Positions 8,205 through 17,135 of a stretch of 54,011 nucleotides of DNA are shown one piece after another; positions within the stretch are counted from its first letter, which is position 1; every line of letters starts with the position of its first letter. A program made the translations under genes and the position numbers. The DNA comes from a virus (lineage: Duplodnaviria > Caudoviricetes), in IMG/VR virus record IMGVR_UViG_3300003465_000009, positions 1 to 54,011 of that record. One strand, written 5' to 3'. The notes beneath the pieces were generated by a model. It did not search any database. It was not told the origin of the DNA and saw only the letters and a program-made list of their open reading frames with translations.

Positions 8205-8963
8205 CTACGAACCCTCCGCGTAACGTCTAGATTTGAAAACAGCGTCCCGTGGCTCGTGGCCTAATCGAAGGCGGTCGTAAGCGGTTTTCCTCGACACAGC
8301 GCCGGGCTGTTCACACCACTCAACGAGGGACTTCCTCACCCCGTCGATCGTCAAATAAATCGTGTTCGTTTTATTCCTGGCCTGCCGACTCATTGGGATG
8401 AAGGTGCAATTGCCGGGCTCGTAATTCCCGTCAACGTCCTTGCGTTCGATCGTCAGACCTTGCACCCAGCCGTTGGACAAAGCCCAATCGCGGAATGCGG
8501 AATAAGTCAGCCACTCTTGTAAGATCCTTATGCCGCGTCCACCATACGTCGCATATTTTTCGTTTTTCGGATTGGTGCATCTGGCCCTCATCGTTCGCCA
8601 GACATTCAGCAGAGATCGAGTGTCGTCGGCGTGAACTTTCCTGGCTCTGCCAGTAGCACGACGACTCTCATCACCGACACATCCGCAACTGCGTGTGTGA
8701 CCTGTGGCCAAGGCGCATACATTGACGACAGCAACCTTGGAGCATTCGCATTGAACGACAGCCTTCCAGTGAGTGCCAAGTTTGAATTGATGACCCAGAA
8801 TCGTGAGACGATTGAACGTCTGCCCAGGCGCTGCCACCTTACCCCGCTCGCGAATTAAGAATCCGACGCATGACGCACTGCGGGTTGTTTGGTGTTTAGG
8901 AGCCATATCAAAACTCAGAGCTTGCGTACTGCCGTGTCCTAGCGGTGTCGGCTCGATTTTCAC
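8205..8963 (-). CDS. HNH-type homing endonuclease-like protein
   Basis: CEC...SCGC, WRTMRARC, YGGRGI, TIERKDVDGNYEPGNC. Confidence 0.85.
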   Translation of the reverse strand: MKIEPTPLGHGSTQALSFDMAPKHQTTRSASCVGFLIRERGKVAAPGQTFNRLTILGHQFKLGTHWKAVVQCECSKVAVVNVCALATGHTRSCGCVGDESRRATGRARKVHADDTRSLLNVWRTMRARCTNPKNEKYATYGGRGIRILQEWLTYSAFRDWALSNGWVQGLTIERKDVDGNYEPGNCTFIPMSRQARNKTNTIYLTIDGVRKSLVEWCEQPGAVSRKTAYDRLRLGHEPRDAVFKSRRYAEGS

Positions 8964-9441
8964 CCGCCGGCCTCAGACGCAAGTTGTCGATGCAATCGCT
9001 CGGACCCTCGATGTGATCGACGTCATACCCAGCCGGCGGAATCATTCGGTTGGCTGCAATCCACACGAGCCGATGCAACGCGATTTTCTTTTTCTTTCCG
9101 CCGGCGCAGACCTCAACAAACCGATAGGTGCTGCCGTTTGACTCTCTCTCAATCACTCGCAGCTGACGCTCGCCACAGTGACTGACACCCACCACAGTTG
9201 CGGTGGCACAATCGACTATCAAATTTCCGTCGTTGATCCGCTGCAGGATCTGCTCGTCGCTCATGCCAGACCTTTTCTCCGGTTTGTGGTCTCGCATGAT
9301 CGCCGCATACTTCGCTCGCGTTAGCCACGAATGCCGGCAGCGCAGGCAGTACAGTCGCGTACACTTCCCCCCACGATCAATGACTCGCCATTCGGTCCAT
9401 CGCTCGTATATCGTTCCTGGGCAGTTGCAAGTTCCGGCCAT
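8908..9441 (-). CDS. HNH endonuclease with N-terminal Zn-ribbon
   Basis: CNC...CLRC; LHRLVW...DVDH...NLRL...EN. Confidence 0.75.
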   Translation of the reverse strand: MAGTCNCPGTIYERWTEWRVIDRGGKCTRLYCLRCRHSWLTRAKYAAIMRDHKPEKRSGMSDEQILQRINDGNLIVDCATATVVGVSHCGERQLRVIERESNGSTYRFVEVCAGGKKKKIALHRLVWIAANRMIPPAGYDVDHIEGPSDCIDNLRLRPAGENRADTARTRQYASSEF

Positions 9442-9442
9442 G

Positions 9443-10288
9443 TCAGTTTGAGACTGCGCGGTCTCTGCCTCCTGCGTTATTCCAGTCATCGAAAGCGGGA
9501 TTGCGTTTGCCTTGCTGCGCGGCAAGTAATCGCTCCGCACACCAATCCTTAAATGCAGAAATTGCGTCCGGTGACTCCGTATCGCCACGCGGACAAATGC
9601 AATGTCGATCGGTGGCGTAGACAGCATCAGGCGTGCGCCATCCAGACCAGCCTCGCGGCGGATCTCCACTGTTTCTCCAAACCTTTGGATCTCCCGCTCG
9701 ACAGCAACACGGCGCGCCAGAGACCCGTCGATTTCCAGGCTTGTCAAGTTCGTTGTTCAGCGCCGCCCGGATTGACACTGGGGACCAAACAATCACGATT
9801 CCAGAATCCAAGCAGAGGTGACAGTCGTATCGCCTTCCGTTGGGATTCTCGGCGGCCGGTGGCATCACTTGCTCTGCGGCCTCGCGCGCTGAGAGATCAG
9901 GATTCGCGTCCATCAGCGCGAGCATTTGGCTGTACAGCTCGCCAGCTCCTGGGCCTTGCGGACCGCTGCGTCTTGCATCATCAGTGTTTCGTCGCCGCTT
10001 TATTTCATCATCACGCTCGATTCGACGAAGCCGATTCGCGGCCGCTAATTTCCTGACATGAGCGGCGGTGAGTTCGCGATCAAATGACGGCGGCGGCGGA
10101 TCATCACCGAGGCTCATTCGGACAGTTACAGCTTTCGCATCGCGGATCTCAACATCCTCAAACACTTCGCGCCACGACAGTCGGACGCCGGTGTTGTCAT
10201 CGCCCGGCAAAGCAACGAGCCAAGCCTTGACGGATGGGAACGCCTTGCAAAATCCAGTCAGCCACTCATTAAACTCAGAATCGTTCAT
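9443..10288 (-). CDS. replication-associated protein (helicase loader-like?) with Zn motif
   Basis: follows the initiator with a 4-nt overlap; CHLCLDSG...PCCC. Confidence 0.6.
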   Translation of the reverse strand: MNDSEFNEWLTGFCKAFPSVKAWLVALPGDDNTGVRLSWREVFEDVEIRDAKAVTVRMSLGDDPPPPSFDRELTAAHVRKLAAANRLRRIERDDEIKRRRNTDDARRSGPQGPGAGELYSQMLALMDANPDLSAREAAEQVMPPAAENPNGRRYDCHLCLDSGIVIVWSPVSIRAALNNELDKPGNRRVSGAPCCCRAGDPKVWRNSGDPPRGWSGWRTPDAVYATDRHCICPRGDTESPDAISAFKDWCAERLLAAQQGKRNPAFDDWNNAGGRDRAVSN

Positions 10289-11091
10289 TTACCGACCCTC
10301 ACTGGCAGCGCCAAACTCTCAGACGGAACAGCCATTCTCTCGCTGAATGATGCGACCCTTGGCTTGTCCTTATCGTTCGCCGGATCGAGCCAGTTCTTGG
10401 CACCTACGGAAATAGAAAAAGAAATAGATTTTTCCAAATCCTCTGGACTCCATCGCCGCTCACCTTGTGACCGTCGTAACTGCTCGTCCAGTTGAAAGTC
10501 ATTGAATTTCGAGCCGTGTCTGGTTTCATAGAAGACACACCAGCGCGCTATCTCGCTGGCGGTAGACTCCTGCCCGTAGAAAGTCGGTATCAGTTTTTTT
10601 TGTTTCAGCCGCTCTTTCTCTTTAAGAATTAACACTTCTAAAGAATTAGTATCAGAGAGAGATTTAGCCGAAGCTGAAGATGAAGATGAAGGGGTTGGAT
10701 TTTGCTTAACCTGGGTGGTTGGTTTTTGCTTAACCAAAGCCGGGTTGCCACCCTTCGACCCGGCAGTTCTGCGAACTTGGCGAAGATTTTCGTCGCGAAC
10801 CATCCGCCTGCACATCAATGCGCCGGTGTCTTCCTCAATGCTGGCTACACCATATTCAAGAATTGTGGTTAAGGTGGTGGTTAGGATTTGGTTATCCAAA
10901 CCGAGCAGTCTCCCGAGCGCCTCCGTCGGCATTTTCTTCCCATTCAGTAGCAAGACTCCGCGGCGCTCGGACTCGTGCATTAACAGCATGATCTCGAACC
11001 AGACGCCTCGATCGTGAAAACTCAGCGCCTGAACGCCTGGGTCTTTACGCCAATCGCCTGGGTACATCTGAAAAGATGGCAGCTTCGCCAT
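10285..11091 (-). CDS. phage replication initiation protein (DUF1376-like N-terminus)
   Basis: PSFQMYPGDW..DP, RGVW, RRMVRD, GSKGGNP, SSSSS linker. Confidence 0.75.
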   Translation of the reverse strand: MAKLPSFQMYPGDWRKDPGVQALSFHDRGVWFEIMLLMHESERRGVLLLNGKKMPTEALGRLLGLDNQILTTTLTTILEYGVASIEEDTGALMCRRMVRDENLRQVRRTAGSKGGNPALVKQKPTTQVKQNPTPSSSSSASAKSLSDTNSLEVLILKEKERLKQKKLIPTFYGQESTASEIARWCVFYETRHGSKFNDFQLDEQLRRSQGERRWSPEDLEKSISFSISVGAKNWLDPANDKDKPRVASFSERMAVPSESLALPVRVGK

Positions 11092-11122
11092 GCGGCTCAA
11101 TCCGTTATCCGTGCCGTGAAAT

Positions 11123-11209
11123 AAAAAAACCGCACACCACAGCGGCTGGACCCCGCGCAGTAACGCGCAAGACAGCTGTGGCGGCGGCGGTGATCGAGCT
11201 GGGTCCAGC
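11123..11209 (-). promoter_or_regulatory. leader terminator/antiterminator (attenuator-like) upstream of the replication gene
   Basis: hairpin 11130-11143/11175-11190 followed by U7; competing helix 11145-11153/11201-11209. Confidence 0.5.
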
Positions 11210-11288
11210 AGCGGGCCGAAAATCTAAACGAATAGATTTCAAAATACAAGACCATTTTCCTGGATTCACGAAAATGGTTGACCATCGG

Positions 11289-11317
11289 CGTCTAGCGAAC
11301 CGCCTCGCGACTGTCAA
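11289..11317 (-). promoter_or_regulatory. sigma70 promoter TTGACA-N17-TAGACG
   Basis: perfect -35 with 17-nt spacer, facing the replication operon. Confidence 0.55.
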
Positions 11318-11436
11318 TCAGCCCGGCCGCGTTTGCGCCCGATGAGTATTCAATTGTTCAGCTTGTCATCCGCCGGCCACACCGCGATTCTGAAGACGGG
11401 TAACACAGGGGAGCATCTTTTTCATTGGGGGAAATC

Positions 11437-11808
11437 GTGAGGATCAATGCCGTTCTAATGTTGGCCGTCCTGCTGATAGGCTGCGTACAGAATCAACCTG
11501 GACCGACCTACGATCAGGCCGTCGCCACTTTGGCTAATGAAATCAAAGTGCTCGATGACTTGGTTGCCTCACGACAATCGGAAGTGGACCGATGGGGTGG
11601 TGTCATGGACGCCTACCTAGGAGGCTCAAAAAGATTAGACGACGTTCCTTACGAACTCGCAAAAAAAACACGCGAAGAAATGTCCGCTGTTATGCGAGTT
11701 GAGGAACCGAAACATAAGCAAAGACTCGCGGAGCTGGACGCCCAAATAGAAAAACAGCAAGCCGCGGTCGATGCTGCAAAAAAACGTCGCGATGGCCTCT
11801 CACCCTGA
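11437..11808 (+). CDS. lipoprotein with coiled-coil
   Basis: signal peptide with LLIG-C lipobox; one of two convincing plus-strand genes. Confidence 0.75.
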   Translation: MRINAVLMLAVLLIGCVQNQPGPTYDQAVATLANEIKVLDDLVASRQSEVDRWGGVMDAYLGGSKRLDDVPYELAKKTREEMSAVMRVEEPKHKQRLAELDAQIEKQQAAVDAAKKRRDGLSP

Positions 11809-12411
11809 CGCTTTCGATTTCTGCTTCGCGATAAATGCGAGTAGTCGCTTCGATACCGCACTTTCGCAGCGGCCTACTCGCGAGGCAATCTCATCAAGAT
11901 TCAACCCGTGCCGATACCGCAGCTCGATCACGTCTGCCATCGGTGGCTGCAACTGAGACAGCACGTCGTCTAAAAATAAACGGGCTACAGCTGACTCCAT
12001 TTCAGCCGGCGCGTGATCGCATTCGAGATCCATCGACCTACCGTCGGCAAGTCCGTGGATACTCAAGATCCGATGACGACCGCGGGCGCTGGAATTCTTT
12101 TTGCGTGAACCGCTTGGCGACTGACTGCGATAATAGTCCCGGATCGCGCCGAACAACCGACGGTCGATGTAGGTCGAGAACAGATACCCACGCTCCGGGT
12201 CGAAACGCCGGACGGCCTCGATAATCGCGATAGCGCACTCTTGCAAAAGATCCTTCAAAGGCACCTGACCGCGTCGGCCGCTAGCCATCGCGAGCTGTGT
12301 CGCCCTCGGCTCAAGCGATTTAATCAGCTTGGCCATCGCGCCTTGATCGCCAGACTTCGCGGCGAGAACCATCGCCAGCTGCTTGCTGTTGAAATCCATT
12401 TCGATACCCAT
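11800..12411 (-). CDS. sigma-70 family RNA polymerase sigma factor (FliA/WhiG-like)
   Basis: region 2 DLLQE...EAVRRFDPERGYLFSTY...GAIRDY; region 4 HTH LDEIASRVGRCESAVS. Confidence 0.9.
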   Translation of the reverse strand: MGIEMDFNSKQLAMVLAAKSGDQGAMAKLIKSLEPRATQLAMASGRRGQVPLKDLLQECAIAIIEAVRRFDPERGYLFSTYIDRRLFGAIRDYYRSQSPSGSRKKNSSARGRHRILSIHGLADGRSMDLECDHAPAEMESAVARLFLDDVLSQLQPPMADVIELRYRHGLNLDEIASRVGRCESAVSKRLLAFIAKQKSKASG

Positions 12412-12442
12412 CGGGAAATCCGTTGGCCGGTATCATAGCAAA

Positions 12443-12985
12443 TCACGAGCAAGATCCTAGCAACATTTGATTTCCGAACTGGTCTGGCGTCCCGTCCAGT
12501 AGCAGCTCAAAGTCAAGCGACCTGAGCTCGGCCGCCGTCCAAAGTGATCGGTGCCGCTCAAGCTCGTTGCCGTAGACCGCGCCCTGATCCATCCAGACAG
12601 CCGGTGTCCCGACAAAGAATCGCCCTCCCGGTGAGAGTCGCGCTCGGATCGCGGAAATAAGCTCGCCGCCAGCTGCGTGCTCGAAGTGCTCAAGGACGTC
12701 AAGCAACAACACCGCCTCCCACGTCCTGTCCGTGGTCTCTATGAAACGCTCGATCGTCTCAATCACGACTTCGTCATATAACGCCCAGCACGGGCTCCTG
12801 TAAGCGGCGAACCCTTCAACGCCTACCAAGTGCGTTCGCCACGGTCGGACGCCGCTGTCGAGCCACTGGCGAACTACAGCCCCATAAAAACCCATGCCGA
12901 TACCTAGGTCGAGAACCGTGTCGGGCTGACTTTTCCACAGCTCGCTGGCAATGATCGGCGTCAAAGACAAGCAACCGATCGGCAC
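12443..12985 (-). CDS. class I SAM-dependent methyltransferase
   Basis: VLDLGIGMG, DVLEHF, YGNELERHRSLW. Confidence 0.85.
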   Translation of the reverse strand: MPIGCLSLTPIIASELWKSQPDTVLDLGIGMGFYGAVVRQWLDSGVRPWRTHLVGVEGFAAYRSPCWALYDEVVIETIERFIETTDRTWEAVLLLDVLEHFEHAAGGELISAIRARLSPGGRFFVGTPAVWMDQGAVYGNELERHRSLWTAAELRSLDFELLLDGTPDQFGNQMLLGSCS

Positions 12986-12994
12986 TGCCCGCTC

Positions 12995-14146
12995 CTAGAT
13001 CAGACTGAGGATCAACTGTTGAAACGCTCGGTTATTTTCTGCAGCAACGCGCTCGGAAATCTTCCGGGCTTCGGCAGACCGTTCTTGCCAGTGTCGGCAA
13101 TGGTCGATCAGCACGTCCGCGATCGACTCCGCGTCGTCCGGGTTTGCCTGCCAGCTGCGTGGTAGATAGCGAATAGCCGGCGAACCCACGATCGGCACAC
13201 CTTGCCCCATGTGATCGAGCGAGACGTAGTTGAACGACTCGGTGAACGATGTTTGCAGACCGACGTCGACATTTGCACCCAGCCATTGCTTGAACTGCTC
13301 TTGCTTATGCCACGGGACGGACTCGACCGGGAGTTTGAGCAGCTTCGCCATGTCGATGAAATCCTCGGCCGGTCCGCGGATGCCCAACACGAGCTTGATC
13401 GGCACCGTTTTCGACGCGAAGCCGCAAGCCATAATCATCGTCGGGATGCTTTTAATCACGTCACGCCGGCAACAGATAGAAACGCAGAACGGATTGTGCG
13501 GCTCGCGAATCTTCGGTGCAGGTAGCAATGGCACGACGTTCGGAATCCAGATGATCCGCTTCGCGCCTGTGACCTTGCCAAGCCAGTTCCGTTCATCGGG
13601 CGTTCCATACCAGCAATTTTTTCTCGCGATCGCCAGCTTCGCGTAGCCGTTTTGCCAAGCAAGGTGACCATCGAACCGAACGAGGTATGCCTGAGAATCA
13701 TGGCAGCCATTCACAAATTTCGTCTTCGGGTACTTCAACGATAGCCGCTCGACCACGTCCGGGTACAAAGCGATATTTCGGTCGAGAATGACCTTGGGTT
13801 GGTAGACCTGCAAAGCAGCTTCAATCATCGCCTCGGATTCACCGCATAACGTGACACAGGCAGACGACACTCCCGCGGCGTCCAAGAACGAGTCGACGCG
13901 CCACAGATCCGCCTCCAGGGTCATGAGCACGTCGACCGGCCCCGGCCGCCTCCGCGGCGGAGTGTTGACGTCGGCCACTTTTTCAGCGAACGACGTCGGC
14001 CACTTCTCCCGTGACTTCAATAACGCCTTCCCATGCGCCAACGCGGTCCGAAAATTCCGTCGCGCCAGCGATGGCATGCGATCGCATAGCCCGAACAATT
14101 CAGCCCGCCGCGAGATCTCGACAATCGGGTCATACGCTACAGCCAC
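12995..14146 (-). CDS. GT-B (family 4-like) glycosyltransferase
   Basis: IWIPN, K, LQTSFTESFNYVSLDHMGQGVPIVGS; GTG start overlapping the upstream stop. Confidence 0.8.
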   Translation of the reverse strand: MAVAYDPIVEISRRAELFGLCDRMPSLARRNFRTALAHGKALLKSREKWPTSFAEKVADVNTPPRRRPGPVDVLMTLEADLWRVDSFLDAAGVSSACVTLCGESEAMIEAALQVYQPKVILDRNIALYPDVVERLSLKYPKTKFVNGCHDSQAYLVRFDGHLAWQNGYAKLAIARKNCWYGTPDERNWLGKVTGAKRIIWIPNVVPLLPAPKIREPHNPFCVSICCRRDVIKSIPTMIMACGFASKTVPIKLVLGIRGPAEDFIDMAKLLKLPVESVPWHKQEQFKQWLGANVDVGLQTSFTESFNYVSLDHMGQGVPIVGSPAIRYLPRSWQANPDDAESIADVLIDHCRHWQERSAEARKISERVAAENNRAFQQLILSLI

Positions 14147-15102
14147 AGAGCATCCTCCCACGGACAGACGTTGTGTTCTGACACCGCGCCGATGTGAATC
14201 ACGCTCACAACAAACGTCTCGATAACGACAGTGACGTTGCTCGTGTTCTGCAGTGAGATCGCGAAGCCGTGCCGTAGCGCAAGCGTTCCGCTGATTCCAA
14301 TCTGCGTTCGCTTTTGGCGCGACGGACTGTAATAGTCCTCCGCCTCGTCCAGCTTCGTAGTTCCATACCCCATCAACGCGGACAGATGGTAGTCGTTTGC
14401 GACCGTGCGGACGCGCCACCGGAAGGATAGATCCGTCTCCGTCGTCAATCCTGTGTCCGAGTAGCACATGCCGTTGAACGCCACGAGATACCGCCCTCGC
14501 CGCGGGATGACAAGCTCGCTGCCCTCGTTGCTGTAGGCACTCTGCAGGAGCAAATCACTGGCGAAGTTTTTGGCGTAATTATCCCGGACGGCCGCGGCGC
14601 TCAATGCCGAAACGGTGTAGGTAGAGCCAGTAAATGTGACATGGTCACCAGACGGCACGATGAGCGGTCCGCCCTGAACCTGGAAGCCTGGGCCAGCGTA
14701 GCCGGCTTGCGCTGGATAGACCCACACGAGCCGCTCGCCGTCTTCATCGGCGAGCATCCCGCGAGCGTAGAACGCGGTTCCCCACCGCAGATCCCACTCG
14801 CCTGCAACCGGTCCGAGTCGCGCCCCCACTTCGATCGGTCCGAAAGTTTTCGGGACGCTGGCAACAGCTGGCCAGTGCTGCGTGAGCTGTCCAGGTTTGC
14901 CCGGCCGAACTGACTGCGGTCCGTTGAAACCTAGCAGAGCGTGATCCTGTTTCGCTTCATCGAGTCGCGTAACCATTCGTCCCGAGCGCCCATCCATCGA
15001 ATACTCGAATGGAACACACCCGAAAGCCGGAATCGTTTCGTTTGACGTGTTAACGAACGTCTCGTACACCGTGTTTTGGTGGAACGAGTTTCTGTAGCTC
15101 AT
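14137..15102 (-). CDS. virion-associated paralog 3 (shared N-terminal PAFG/FNGP domain)
   Basis: FVNTSNETIPAFG...FNGPQSV...G...WPA; ATGA overlap. Confidence 0.7.
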   Translation of the reverse strand: MSYRNSFHQNTVYETFVNTSNETIPAFGCVPFEYSMDGRSGRMVTRLDEAKQDHALLGFNGPQSVRPGKPGQLTQHWPAVASVPKTFGPIEVGARLGPVAGEWDLRWGTAFYARGMLADEDGERLVWVYPAQAGYAGPGFQVQGGPLIVPSGDHVTFTGSTYTVSALSAAAVRDNYAKNFASDLLLQSAYSNEGSELVIPRRGRYLVAFNGMCYSDTGLTTETDLSFRWRVRTVANDYHLSALMGYGTTKLDEAEDYYSPSRQKRTQIGISGTLALRHGFAISLQNTSNVTVVIETFVVSVIHIGAVSEHNVCPWEDALWL

Positions 15103-16040
15103 TCGTTGTAAGCCCCTATTGGACCCGTCCACAAACCATGCGGCTGCAGCGGTCCCAGTCGCGTTACCGATAGCGTGAATCCGCGATAGCCATCCTCGCT
15201 GATGACGGCATGCACCGAGATCCCCATTCCTCCGATGCATGGCAGAACAGTCATCCCGCTTGAGGATTCAAGTCCAAGATTGCTGAAATTGGATCGCGAA
15301 CTAATTACCACGATCGTCGATCCCGGCAATTCTGGATAACTTGGGGGCGGCCATCGACCCTGAAACACGAGATAAATACCCGGCGTGTTTGACGCGACCG
15401 CGGAGTGTGAAAACCCATACATCCCGTCGGATGGGAGGATGAGTTGTTCGGCTCCAGATGAATGAGTCTCAATCCTGATCCTGCCTTCCGCCGCGACAAC
15501 GTCAGACTTTGCAACCGCGATGTTCGAATAGCTCTCGTGAATGACTTCGGCGTCACTCAGCGTCATGAATGAATCCACTAGCCCGGATGGCGTGACGCCA
15601 AACATCAACGTAATTGATGGTCCGACGTCGCATGTTTTTCTTCGGGGTGCGACCAACGCGAGTTGATGGTCGCTGGCGCGGTCATCGAAAACGCCGATGC
15701 ATTCCAAGAGCGTGCCATAATCCAGCTCAAAATTTTCGGCGATATTCAGTCCGGTCCCTGGATGTAAGTCGACGTCTTTTCTCACCCTCGCGATTGCTGG
15801 CCATGAAATCGAACCGATACCGCTTGCGCCTGGGTATGATGCCGTCGGCCCATTAAAGAGAAAGCTTTCTTGCGACGGGTCGCTACTGCCGGCCTCATTG
15901 CCTGGGGATTGAAAAGCCGCAAAACTCCCATAACGACACTGGTAATGCGCGACGCCGAACGGTGGGCAGACGTCCGTCGGAAACTTCTCCCGAGTAAATG
16001 AAGTCTTGCGTTGGCGCTGCCACCAGGACTTTGCGTACAT
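15099..16040 (-). CDS. virion-associated paralog 2
   Basis: CPPFGV...FLFNGP...G...WPAIA. Confidence 0.7.
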   Translation of the reverse strand: MYAKSWWQRQRKTSFTREKFPTDVCPPFGVAHYQCRYGSFAAFQSPGNEAGSSDPSQESFLFNGPTASYPGASGIGSISWPAIARVRKDVDLHPGTGLNIAENFELDYGTLLECIGVFDDRASDHQLALVAPRRKTCDVGPSITLMFGVTPSGLVDSFMTLSDAEVIHESYSNIAVAKSDVVAAEGRIRIETHSSGAEQLILPSDGMYGFSHSAVASNTPGIYLVFQGRWPPPSYPELPGSTIVVISSRSNFSNLGLESSSGMTVLPCIGGMGISVHAVISEDGYRGFTLSVTRLGPLQPHGLWTGPIGAYNE

Positions 16041-17135
16041 TTAATCCGGCGCTCCATACAATTGAGACGCCCAAGGAACATCGCACACTTCCGGCAGCTC
16101 TCCGAGATAGACAGTCGACCACAATGCATGGACCTTGATCGGCGTGCTGTGCTCGTTCATTACCATCACGCTCCACCACTTCTTGAGCGGCAACCAGCCC
16201 GAAATTGAGTAGCGGCTATAGACAAGTTGCTGAGCGCCCGGGATCTGAGAATAGATGAAATCTTCCGCTCCATGCGATACGAGGTGCGTATCAAATAATT
16301 GATTTGACTCGCCGTCGTAGGCATTGAGCCGCACCCGGAAAGAGAATGGAGTATCAATAATATTTTCCGCAGTAGCCGCTGAAATTGCGATGTCAAGCCA
16401 GTAGATCCCGTCGCGAGTGACGGTGTGCGTGTAAGGGTATCCATCGTCCGTGCGAAACAAACCGTTGTAGCCTCGATACACTCCACTACCGGCAGCGCGG
16501 ACGATTTCAACTACGTCCGATCGACCGCGAAAAGTTCCTTGCGATTCGATCGAACCAGCACTGCCGCCCCCGAAAATCGACTTGAGCGGAAGCAGGAACA
16601 CGCTAGTGAGCGCCTCCTTATGAAATGTCCTTATCGTCGGCCGAACCGCATCGACCATGCACACCTGCCCATCGAACCAACCATTGACCGAATAGGTCGA
16701 TCCCTCGCGAAGCAACCACTCATCCTTTGATGGCCCTCCGGTATACATTCCGTCAACTGCCCTCTCCCCATCATTCGTAATATCATGAGCGGACCGAAAC
16801 CCGTTGGTGACGGAATCGACGTTGCCGACTACGAACGGACCGGCCCGTAGCGCCATCGCCGGCATGTCCTGAGTACACAGACCGCGTCGACCTTTCTTTA
16901 CAGCACGCGCCCCGTTGAAAACGATGAAAGCCGGATTGCATTGCCGCTCGGCCAGTGCATCGGGCTTGCGAACAATCAAGCACTGAATGCCGTCAACTTC
17001 TCGCGTACACGAGGTGACTCGATCGCCGTCGGTGGAAGTTGGCAGAGCGCCGCACCCGAACGCCGGCATGTCTTCGTCAGAGTCGTTGACGAACGGTTGC
17101 CATCGAATCTGCTGGTCCCAACTAAGAGCACTCAT
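16041..17135 (-). CDS. virion-associated paralog 1
   Basis: FVNDSDEDMPAFG...FNGARAV...G..TQDMPAMA; TGATG overlap. Confidence 0.7.
   Translation of the reverse strand: MSALSWDQQIRWQPFVNDSDEDMPAFGCGALPTSTDGDRVTSCTREVDGIQCLIVRKPDALAERQCNPAFIVFNGARAVKKGRRGLCTQDMPAMALRAGPFVVGNVDSVTNGFRSAHDITNDGERAVDGMYTGGPSKDEWLLREGSTYSVNGWFDGQVCMVDAVRPTIRTFHKEALTSVFLLPLKSIFGGGSAGSIESQGTFRGRSDVVEIVRAAGSGVYRGYNGLFRTDDGYPYTHTVTRDGIYWLDIAISAATAENIIDTPFSFRVRLNAYDGESNQLFDTHLVSHGAEDFIYSQIPGAQQLVYSRYSISGWLPLKKWWSVMVMNEHSTPIKVHALWSTVYLGELPEVCDVPWASQLYGAPD

Noticed and set aside
14137-17135. Diversity-generating retroelement acting on the three paralogs
   Set aside because: No reverse transcriptase and no TR/VR pair differing only at adenines was seen in the window.
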